The position numbers and the translations under genes were made by a program. Below the pieces are notes generated by a model, which saw only the letters and a program-made list of their open reading frames with translations, made no database searches and had not been told where the DNA came from. A DNA stretch of 64,000 nucleotides, from the NCBI GenBank assembly GCA_001662655.1, contig KV460221.1. The stretch is one strand, 5' to 3'. Shown piece by piece: positions 37,968-49,237 of this stretch. This DNA comes from Pseudogymnoascus verrucosus (taxonomy: Eukaryota). The first letter of the stretch is position 1. Each line of letters begins with the position of its first letter.

Positions 37968-39019
37968 GTTAAACTGTCTGAACGATGAGTTAGGAATTTG
38001 TGCTAACGGAATGTAGTGGCTCGAGAGCAGTGGCATCGTATATTATGAGGGGGATGGGCGACGATGGGGAGAAGCAGGAGTAGGAGAGTGCATGTGGAGG
38101 GTTACATACTGTACCATGGAGTTTTTGGGGTGGTGTGTAAATATAACGATGGACGACTAGCATATTATCATGGGGCATACGGAGCATATAGAATACTTTA
38201 TAATTAAATATTTGATTTTTGCAAATCCTTGTATGCTGTAAAACTTGCCACATTTGGATCCATGTAGCGCGCTAGGTAAAGCCTAATTTGAAGGCGAAAA
38301 GAGTGAGCACTACGTGCAGTAGAACGTGAATCGGGCGTCGCTCGTCTTATTTTCGACTCGGTAGTGGGTTGAACCGCCGATTCTACCTCCCGATATCTCC
38401 CTAGTACAAGCCATCTCCAAAGCCACAACAAGCCACAGGGGAAAAAGAAATTCAATTAAAAGCTAGCGACATCAAACTGCCTTCTACGTAAAAAGCGAAT
38501 TGGGTGTCGCTAGATTTTAGTTAGTTATTTTTATCAGGGTCCATTTTCTCACAGTGCAGCCTGCCTGGTTGTACCAAGGGGTACCGCTGCTACTTGTTAT
38601 GGCCAGTAAGGCCAGTTCTTGCAGATTCTACGGTTCACTCTCAAGTTTTACCAAGCAAACAGCCTGATGACTTTGCACTACTGTGCTGCAGAAAATATAA
38701 ATTACTGTAACCTAATTACAGTACAGAATTAGCGGGCCAGTTTGGCTAAGTTTACCCCTCTGACATCAGCGGATGACATCGGTTACCTTCACGTGAGAGA
38801 TGAAGGTCCTCTTATGTCAACATCTCGCTGACATTCTCGGTTGGCCCAGAGCAGATTATGGTTCTTACCCTACGTCATCCGACTTTGGCTTTTCTGATAG
38901 ACTCAGGTTAACAATTCTAACAATCACTACTTCTTATTTCCTACAGTAAACACTTCGACTTGATCAGTATAAATTGGAACCCGACTCTTTGTCATACGCT
39001 GCATGTCGAACAGTACATC

Positions 39020-39882
39020 ATGAATACGTCCTCATTTGCTCTGGCTAGAAACTGCACAACACACCTTATAGTTCAACCTTCGGATCTACGCCTTAATCCA
39101 CCAGAAAGTTATCTATTCATCCAGGATGGTTTAATTATTGCATGTGGGCTGCTTTATTCTCTATGCTACCTCTTCTATAGTATAAGAACGTATAGTGATA
39201 AGAGATGTGCTGGACCTGTACTTTGCGTGTACGTTTTATTATTGATCTCCTTCTCCTTAGACAACAAAATATACTAATCTTAAATGCATAGCTGTGGAAA
39301 TTTATCGTACGAATTTTTTTACGCCTTAACAACAACTTCAACGACTTTTGAGAGAACATGCTTTTTAGCTTGGCTTGGTCTTGATGTTCTCTTTACTACT
39401 ACGGCTGTTGTATCTACTTATGCACCTGGTCGAAGACGTACAATAACTATTCGGATTTTTATGGGTTTTCTAGTAGGCGTTTTAGCCTTATATGTACTTT
39501 CAATGACATTTCCAGATGATCGTCAACAGATTACAGCTTACTGGACTGGAATTCTCTTGGAACTCCCAGTAGGTTGGGTAAGCGTATACTTGTTATTAAA
39601 AAACCAAGACACGAGAGGTCACTCTATTGAGATCTGGTAATAGTTAACTCCCTCTTATGAAAAACAACCGCTAACACAAGGTATTTTCTTAGGGTTACAC
39701 GGTTTCTTGGCTGCCTTGCTGCTTATAGTGTCTTTATTTGGCGTTATTTAAACGTTCCAGAGAATTGGGCATATGTTGGTTCTATATGGAGTATTGGGAT
39801 AATGGTATTGACAATAATTCCTGAGATGATTTACCCGTTCACCTTTATATGGATAAGTATGCAAAAGAAGAAAATTTTGTAA
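39020..39882 (+). CDS. PaxB/AtmB/Pyr4-family integral-membrane terpene cyclase-like protein, 3 exons
   Basis: About 250 aa, multi-TM. Matches the family pattern: GLLYSLCYLFYSIRTYSDK...CGNLSYEFFYA, WLGLDV, DTRGHSIEIW|VTRFLG, PEMIYPF. Confidence 0.75.
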
Positions 39883-40499
39883 GGATGGTGAAGATCGCTA
39901 GGAAAGTTTTGGCATAGTTTACGCAATCTGTCACAGTTAGCATTTGTATGAGACTAGATTCCCCAAACACCCTATTACGATGCAAGAAAGCGGCAAGGCT
40001 TTAGAGCATAGTGTCTTCAGGGAAGCCGGTTTCGGGCGCTGTTCCAAGTAATGTTGATCGAGTAATACTTCCTTCTGTGGTGTTTTTTTTTTTTTGAAAT
40101 AATACGGCTTTATATGATTTACACGTAGTAAGTACTTATAAGATAAATTGAATGAAGAGTGGCTGTTTGATCTGCGTTGTAAAATAGATCGTGATACTTG
40201 TGGTAATGAGAAGAGCGTCTGTATGCGCCAAACTTCCAAATAGTGACTGTTCACCAGAGGCCGTAGCACTGACCAGATTACGTATTTCCGCCAGAGTATC
40301 TGTAAAACCAGTCCTCATCTCAATAACAATAATTGTACACCAAAACCATAATATTAGAACTCCAGCTAATTTATGCTCCTCAAGTATATATTCCAATCCC
40401 TCCCATCCCACAAATAAACCATATACCCAAATCAGTGCTCGACACCGTATAGAAACTCCATATATCCCACATATTTCTAAATACACCCTCCACACACAA

Positions 40500-41534
40500 T
40501 CAAGCGCTCAAATCCCTCTCATTCCTGTCATACCTCCCCCCCAAATAACTAAACTCCGTCACCTCCCCGCCCTCCTCCTCCTCCTTCCCCCTCTCCATCC
40601 CCCCCATCCCCCCCATCCCCGGACTCAACAACCCCGGACTCGCCAACGGCGGCTGAAACACCCCTCTCCTCCCCTCCCCCATCTTAGCACCCATATCACC
40701 ACCCCCGCGCGGCGACGGACTAGCGGGGAACCCGAGGGAGCGATTGTCGTCGGGGAGGGGAGAGCGGAAGGAGGATGCGTAGGATGGTGCGGAGAGGGGG
40801 GTGGGGGAGGGGGCGAGGGTGGTGAATTCGGAGGCGTCGTCTTCGGCTGTGGGGGGGCTGCGGGTGCGGGGAAAGAGGAGGGCGGGGTTGGAGGTTTTGG
40901 TGTAGGATTGGGGGTTTGAGTGGCGGGCGTGGGTGAGGTAGGTTAGGGCGAGAATGGTTGATGCGCTGGTGGGGGGGTTAGTTTTGGGGTTTGGGGCTTT
41001 TGGGGTGGAGGGGGGGAGGGGAGGGACGAACAGTGCGATGAGGATGAATGCGAATAATGTTTGGTATAGCCGACAGACCATCATTCCCGTGCTGTTATTC
41101 CATGTCGCGGAACTGCAATGCGAAGTGATCGTTGATTTCGCGACGTGGACAAGTAGGCCGAGGGAGAGAGCCCAGAGACCGAGGAGGACGCCGTTGAGAA
41201 TCAATGTCCGCGCTGGAGGGCGCGCGGCGCCAGCGTAGACGGCGAGGAGGATGATGGTCGCAGTGGATGTGGCGGAGACGAGGAGGTGCTGGTCTTGTTA
41301 GCTTTCCGACTTGGGGAATGTGATACTTGGGGAGCGCACAATAATGAAGGACCAGGGAATGGTCATGCGACTGCCGCGAAGCTGATTGACGAAGTAAAGC
41401 ATGATTCCGAGGACGCCGACAGAGGCGAGGAGCTGGAGGGCCTGTAGGATGTAGAGGGGGAGACGGCCGTGGTGGGTTGGTTCGCGATAGGCGTTCCGCC
41501 GGGAGGAGGGGAATGGGTTTTTGGGCCACTTCAT
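40500..41534 (-). CDS. Four-TM MARVEL-like membrane protein with Pro/Ser-rich tail
   Basis: YILQALQLLASVGVLGIMLYFV...IPWSFII|...LNGVLLGLWALSLGLL...C....W.....MMVCRLYQTLFAF; two probable introns. Confidence 0.7.
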
Positions 41535-42877
41535 TTTGGCGGTTTGGTTGTGAGATAGGGAAGGGTGAGGGAGAGAGAGAAATGAGAATGAAGGAAGTGG
41601 TGAGGAAGTGAGAAGTGAGAATATGAAGAGAGACGCAAAAGAGCGGGCAGGTAGAAAAGATGACGGAGGGTAAAAGCGAAGGTCAAGACCAAGGTGATAT
41701 TTTTTGGACCCCAGAGCACCCCAGCACCCCAGCGACCAGCGGGATCACTGTACAGGGTATACCAGATGTCAGATATAAGCGCCACAGTTTAGAAACACTT
41801 GAGAAGTCGAGGCTGTGCACGTGATATGCAGCTAAATCGAGGACTGTGGCTTGGATTGGCTGGATGGGGGCAAGTGGGCTGGGGGGAGAGCGGGAAGGTT
41901 TGGACCGTCCTATATTTAGACCAAATGGGCCCCCTACCCCCCCCCAGAAATATTTTAGTCAGGGCCATTAAAGTCGGCGATTGCTTCTGACTGTTACTAT
42001 AGTGGGCTTGTTGGGCTTGTTGGTTGGTGTTTGTCTTGGCTGTTTGCGGTTGACAAAGCTGTCTGTCAATAACCGTGGGTTTAATTTGGCGGTCAGGCTA
42101 AAATCTCACTGTTAATGTCCACCATCGATAGAGATTTCGGTGAGAAGTACAATAGAGTACCTCTTCAGTACATACAGATACAACCATGCGGCAGTTGTTC
42201 TGTTAATGGGCCGAGAGAAGCCAAGAGATCTCAAGACAGCTCCAGTGGGTGCTTAGCTAGGAGTCTTGTGCTGGGTATCTATACAGCACCTGTATACCGC
42301 GAGAGATGTACGCCATAGTACGCATCATAACATGTCGGCGGCCTCGGCGACGTCGGCGATGCTGGCTGTTCGGTGTTCGGTGTTCGCGGTATGCTTCCTA
42401 TCGTCTCCCATGGTCGATATCAACAACCCCAACCCAGAGATGCTCGAAACGGCAACTACGACTCATAGTATCCCTATCATTCGCTCCTTCCTCCCTGAAT
42501 GAAACGGCTCTAGATCGGTCTGAGGAAGGAACGACCCGCGTCATTAGGCAACAACGCGCCTTCCGCCAATAACGCGCGATGAAAGAGGCACACGGCATCA
42601 GCTGACAGCGTGTTAATCTCGCGCCGTCGTCGCGCTTGAGCATTACCCCGCTCCAGTTTTGTAACCAGTCATTCAAAGCCGTTCACGTCATCCAAGTGTC
42701 ACAAATGAATCGTGTCGTCGCTCAGAGGACGAGAGGCATAAATATCGTGTCCATGCCCCTCGACCTGTATCGTATCTCTTCCATCTGTATTCTCTCAATT
42801 ATCGGTCTCCAGAGACGCTCATAAGTTCACAAACCCAACCCACAAACACCCCTCCAACTCACCAAACCACCATCATC

Positions 42878-43363
42878 ATGCTTGACCACACCGGCTTCGC
42901 CGTTCCCCCCTCCCAATATGAGGCCGTCATCGCCTTCTATACCGCCGTCCTGGCTCCTCTCGGGATCACCCCACAGATGAACTTCCCCGGCCAGGCCGTC
43001 GGGTTCGGCCCCTCCAAGACTGAGGCCCGATTCTGGGTTTCCTCGAAAGAGGGCGCCACGGAAAAGGCGACAGCAGGTGGGGTGCATGTCGCGTTCAAGG
43101 CGGCGGACCATGAGGCCGTGCAGAAGTTTCATGAGGAGGGCCTGAAGGCCGGGGGAACCTGCAATGGGAAGCCCGGAATCAGGGCCATGCACCCGAATTA
43201 TTATGCGTCGTTTGTGTTGGATCCGCTGGGGTGAGCTATTCCTGCCTTTTTCGTGTTCCCGGTGTTCATAGTGTTTGTGGTTGGGGTGGTGGAGGGTGCT
43301 GCGTTGTGCTGACAAGTTTGCAGGAACAACATCGAAGCTGTTGACCACATTCCTCATGATTAA
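42878..43363 (+). CDS. Glyoxalase/bleomycin-resistance (VOC) family protein, 2 exons
   Basis: MLDHTGFAV...FYTAVLAPLG...HVAFKA...V.KFH..GL.AGG.CNGKPG.R..HPNYYASFVLDPLG|NNIEAV. Confidence 0.92.
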
Positions 43364-44392
43364 ATCGGAGATGACTGTCGGTCTGGCCTCATGTCGGTCG
43401 GCTGGTTGGCTAGTCGTCGGAGTCTGGGTCTTGGTTTGTGTATTGCCGTCTGTATATTACAGAGGATCTACTGTTGATTATCTCGCTGGGGTGAAAGCTT
43501 ATCATTCTTTAAGTTTCCGAATAGTGATAATCCAAAAGTACAGAGTCCACACACACAGTTTATTCCTACCATATCCCCGTGAACTGCCATGTCGCCTGTC
43601 CGATGAACTCCCGTCCCCCACATCATGAACCTGAAACCTTCAACGACGGCTATTATGTATATCACTTTAATCCAGCAGATCTGCCTCTTTCCAGCCCAAG
43701 CGCACCTTCTCACCTGCCGGAGACATGCCGAGTGGCTGCCGCGATGCCGAATTATCTTCATAAAATCACGACTTTCTCCCTCCAGGCTAAATGAGGAGGC
43801 TGTTTGTAACTGTTTGTAAGCTTCAGCTTCATCCTGAATATGCATATAATATCTAATCGGAAATATACAAATACCGACGAGCCTGGCGTTGCGGAAGCAA
43901 CCTTCGTACTTTCGTGCGTATGGGTTGCAACGTCGTGTGCTTGGCGCCAGGGGTAAAATATATTAAGTTCCCCCCCAAACCACCAAGATCGTCGTTCCTA
44001 TATCAATGGGTAAGGCACCAGATCAGGTCGTTAAGATCACCCCGCCACACGTTGTCTGTCCTGTTTAATATATCCGGATATTGCCTGCTTAGATTTTTAG
44101 TAAATCTCATTTATATTGCACCTATCCAACCAAAAAACCCAGTATAGAACCGTTTGCAAGAGCCGATTTCTCCGGATGCGCATTCCCACATCCATAAAAG
44201 GCGGGGAAAATATGGGGATAGAGAGAGGAATCCCGGGGGAGTTCTGCGGCGGCAGGGAGAGAGCTTGATAGTATTTAAACATAAGCAATGCCCCTTCCCC
44301 ACTTCATCCTTGGTTCCTGATCTCCCCACCTGCTTGATTATCTGTTAAAAAGTAGTTTCCGTGGATATTTCGTAGACCTCGTTTAGGAAATC

Positions 44393-45797
44393 ATGCGTTT
44401 TCAGATTCTCACTTTGGGAGCCGTTGCGGCCGTTGCAACTGCGGCTGTAACGTCCAAATTGCCGAAACCGGATAAGGATGGACGGTATACCATCTCTGCG
44501 CCTGGTATTACGGCCAAGGTATGCTCTATTTTCTTTTTATATGGACCCAATGGCTGTTTCTTTCTCCCATACCTCGTATTAAAACTAGAAGTTGACGACG
44601 TTGTTAGTTCATCCCCTATGCCGCCACCTTGACGAACCTCTTCGTCAAGGACAAGCACGGCATCGAGCGTGATGTCGTCCTTGGCTACGACAACACCACT
44701 TTCTACCGTACCTCCCCCGGGCCCCCCAACCCCCTTATGTCTCTCCCTAAACTAACCCCCCCCAAGCCGTCGACCCCGGCCACCCCGTCTACAACGCCAT
44801 CCCCGGCCGCTACGCCAACCGCATCGGCAACGGCACCTTCACGCTGGACGGCGTGACCTACCACCTCGAGAAGAACGACGGCCCCAACACGCTGCACAGC
44901 GGAACCAACAACTGGTCGTACCATTTCTGGAACCTGACTGCGCTGACCAAGAACTCCATCACCTTCTCGTACCACGATGCTGCCTTTGCGGAGGGCATGC
45001 CGGGCCGCGTGGACGCGAGTGTCACGTACACGTTGACGGCGAATACGTGGCATATATCAATGTCTGCTGAGTCGCCTGATGTGCGAACTCGTGAGTTTTT
45101 CCACCCCAGCCAAGAACCAAGACTGCACAACATCGTACTAACACCCCGCAGCAATCATGCTGACAGACCACACCTACTTCAACCTCGACGCCTTCGCCAA
45201 CCCCGCCACGGACCTGATATGGAACCACACCCTCCACCTCCCCTACTCGCACCGCAACCTCGAAGCTGACTCCGCCGCACTCCCCACCGGCAACATCCTC
45301 GAGCCCGAGGAGAACAGCACGGATGACTTCTACTCCGCGCCCCACCAGCTGGGTTTCGCCTCCGGCAACGCGGATTGGGTTAACCACTGCGGCGGCGGGT
45401 GCCACGGGTATAACGGGCAATTCCTCTTCGACGACAATGTGCCCAAGGGAGCGGTGGTGGCAGAGCTGTCGAGCGCGTGGACGGGGATTAAGGCGCAGTT
45501 GAGGACGAACCAGGCGGGTTTGGTGATTTATACGTGTAATTGGAGTGATGGGACGGCGCCGATTAAGAGTACCCAGGGATTGAAGGGGAGGAAGGCGGTG
45601 GTGAATGGGGATGGGTGTGTGGCGATTGAGGCGCAGGATTGGGTGGATGGGATTAACCAGTGAGTCTTTTCGAGTTTGTCTTGGTGGTATTGAGCTAATG
45701 ATTGTGTAGCCCTGAGTGGAACAGATTGGACAAGCAGATCTTTGGCCCGGGCCAGGAGTACAAGTGGGAGAGCTCGTGGACGTTTGGGACGCTGTAG
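44393..45797 (+). CDS. Secreted aldose 1-epimerase (galactose mutarotase-like), 5 exons
   Basis: Signal peptide; FIPYAATLTNLFVKDK.G..RDVVLGYD, GRYANRIGNGTF, LHSG, MLTDHTYFNL and AIEAQDWVDGIN|PEW motifs. Confidence 0.92.
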
Positions 45798-46416
45798 AGT
45801 GGTGGTGAGAAAGGGTTGCCATGAGGCGATAGCCGAGATGTTGACGCGTAGATTAGCCTCCCTTCTGTGTGGCGCTTGACGGTATTGTCTTTACCTTCTG
45901 GAGGCTTATCAGCCTCTGAAATGTAAATATGGATTCTGCACGTAGGTTGCCCGTAATAGAGAGCTTATCTACTGCATGTGAACTAAAATTCTGACCTCAA
46001 GACTATCTCACATTCCCATTTTTTTCCTACTGTTTTTAGTCGGTTGTCAAGTCTATTTTCTGCACATTTCCCACCATTCACGAGGAAGTGTCTAGTTATT
46101 TGTATTGTATGGTATGTTTATCGTGATAGCTGTAGTATACTGTCTCGTCTCGAATAATAATCTCCAACTGCCTGCCCGAGTACAAAGCCAAGCTGCAACA
46201 ATATAGGGGTAACAAAACAACAACAAAGAGGTAAGCTATTCATCTTCAGCAACCAGCAAAATATCCACCAAAAGAGTTTACCAGCCAGCTGCAACTCATC
46301 CACAAAAGCAAATTGGTGAGCAACACATAGCACTATCGGGACTCAGTAGCTCACAAACCGGGCACCTCACAAGTAACATAACGTATAGCATCGTCGGGGC
46401 ACTATAGCAGACGCAA

Positions 46417-48581
46417 TCACAAATTGGGCATCCCGCACATCAAAGCAACCATTCCAAACTCAAGGTCATTCCGGCAATGTGGTAGGGCCGCAAGCTCCTC
46501 ATCGACCCCAAAGATATTATTCCCCGCCCAGTGATCTTCAGCTCGAACGGCTTCAAACATGACGCGCAATGCATCTACAGCAGTGCCTCCCCTGTGAAAA
46601 TAAGACCCAGTGACCGGTGGCCACTCGCCAGAATTGATCCAGGCATCTAGGACATTCTGCACACTGGGAGTAGCGCCGCGGAGCATGGCATCCGCTGCAT
46701 GACCAAAGATATTCACAAACCCGTGGCGGAGGGACCTGTTGGTTTTGAAATTATGCAGAATATCTGGGGCAACGTGACGTGTTAAATTTCTATGCATTTC
46801 AACCCAGAAGTGCCCATCATCGTATTCGTCTAGCATGTCGGCGCACATCTCTGCCTTGGACAGGAGGGCCTCCTTCATTCGGACAGAGAAGAAGCCGTCG
46901 ACACATTGTCCGCAGGTGCACCCAAACTTTAGACGGAGTGATTGGCTTTGACTTGGGACTTTGATGCCTTGCAGGGCAGCGAGACAATTGACAGCGTCAA
47001 TGGGAAAGCCGGAAAAGTGGTCCGAGATACAGATTGTCATCATTCCACGCTCCTTAGTTGTGCGTTTTGCCTCGAGGACATTCTGTAATCCTTCAAGGGC
47101 TGTATAGCCTTTAATGTTCCTGGCAGAACCTAGAGTTTGGCACACGTCGGCATTTTTCAGGAGCCATTCAACTGTTTTGAGCTTGTATTCACAACTTGCG
47201 ATGTGTAATACGGTGTTGAGCTTTTTATCTACCTTCTTCCACTCTTCCTTGGCGTTTGGAAGTTTGTTGACCTCCTCGTAATGTTTGACGCACTCACGTC
47301 TGGAATTGTTAGCGCTGCATGATGCAGAGGGAGGCGTTTCTTCAACAGTTCCATAAGGAGTGAATGCTCCTCCTCTTCTCTAAAGAACGCCTTATCAGCT
47401 GTATGTAAGGCCTCTAGGTCCTCGTCATCTACTTCCTCTTCAGCCGGGTTGTAATCGACATTAATGGAGATTTTGTGAGCTTCGTGATTCGGGTCTACAG
47501 CAAGACCAAAGCACGACGATGCCCCAATTCGACGGAAGCCGATGGAGCGACAGAAAGCCACCGAGATATCGTGGGCGGCGAATTGAATATCTCGCTGTTC
47601 GCGGGGTGTCTTCCCAATGAGGTCTTGACTGATATCCCCATTAAGCCAACCGGGGGATACAAGAGTAAAAGCGAGCTTGTTTGCTTTGTCATCGTTTTTG
47701 TTCAAAAACGACTTCGCCCTTCTGTCGTCAGCACTGGAATTGCTGGCAAGAGTCTCCGGTATTTTCTGCTCAGCGCTGGCTTTGGCAATGAGTGACTCCA
47801 CCATTTTCTTTCCCACGCCTTTGCGTCGCCAGTCCCTTTCCATTAGTACATGTTCGATGATGAAAAGGGAGCCAACGTCAAGCTCACTTCCCCAACAGCC
47901 AGAACCTTTGCGAACGGTATGGTCGACAAACTCGCGATTGAGTCGGCCGTAACGGTCAAAGAGCTCAAAAGCGACACTGGAGAGCTCTTGGCACGGCTTC
48001 TCCGTTTCCCGCCAGAAATTAGCTGTGATGCGATCTCGCTTCACAAAGCTACCAAACGCTCTCCCAATTTCCGTGCCGTCGGAGCTGCAATGGACATGGA
48101 TAGTGTGCATCCAGTCGTCGAATCCCTCGTCATCGTCTTGGATGAAAAGTTTGAAAGTAACTTCAGAGCCACCTAAGGTGTGCCTTTGTTCGTCGACCTC
48201 TCTCTCTGGAGGGCCCAAGTCATCATAATCATCATCATCATGCTCATGCTCATCTCCCCAATATTCTTCGTCTTCATCGTATTCCTCATCTTCATCTTCA
48301 TCGTCACTTCCATTGTCACTTCGGGAGCTGACGCTGGTGTTGGCACTATGGTCAGATTTGGGTGAATCAGATGAAAGTGTGCTTGTCGAGGTGGATGTAG
48401 TTATATCTTCTATACCTTTTAAAACAGAACACTTGTTAGATTGCATAATGCCCAATAATATATACATATAGCATTGCTTACTGTCGACCTCATTCTCTTT
48501 GATCAATTTACTGGTCATTGCGCGACCCGTTCGTTCTGGCGAAGCCTCAGCCTTTCGCTTGATGCCCTGTTGGCCTTCCAT
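46417..48581 (-). CDS. Hypothetical protein: acidic N-terminus, GNAT-like domain, ankyrin-like repeat, Cys-containing C-terminal domain; frame break near 47297
   Basis: IEHVLMERDWRRKGVGKKMV and FCRSIGFRRIG (GNAT-like), NTVLHIASCEYKLKTVEWLL...RNIKGYTALE (ankyrin-like), CTCGQC. Two collinear ORFs differ by one base. Confidence 0.7.
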
Positions 48582-49237
48582 CGCTAGGATAGAACGCGGG
48601 GTCTTCTTTTGCAGAACAGTTTGAGACACAGAACTGTTCGAGGCAGTATTTGCAAGATAGAGGGAATGTCCGAGATGAGAGTGAGATTTGGTGTTGGGTG
48701 TCGAGAAGGTGAAGGATACCAACAGACGCGATTGTTGAGGTTTGAAGTTTGAAACGGGAAGGCGACCTGGAAGGCGGCCTCACTTGAACTGGGAAACCAC
48801 AGGGCCACGAAGCGATAACTTCACTTCAGGTGGACTCAAACTCTGCTGTTTCACACTGCACCTTCTGAAATGGCACAATTTGACTTCTTTGTACTTTTCG
48901 TGGCAATTATTGCATCAAGTGCAAAGCCGTGAAGGTCGAAAGCGATAAAACGGAGATCGGAACAAGGGGAGAAGTTGCCAACCGCACTATATATATTTCA
49001 CTGTATATATTTTGACGATTCTCCCCCCATCAAAGTGCAACTGCGACCTTGATCGTACCTTCCTAATTTAATTTTGTGTTTGCCGGCTGGACAACAATTA
49101 TCATGGCAAGGAAGGTGAAGTTACCAAATCTTTGATCATTATATAAACTTACAGGCTATATTACAGCAGAGAGCTTCCAAAACCACGGCCAATTGGTAAA
49201 ATACTTCCGACAGCGTCATATCCCCCCTTGCGTGTTC

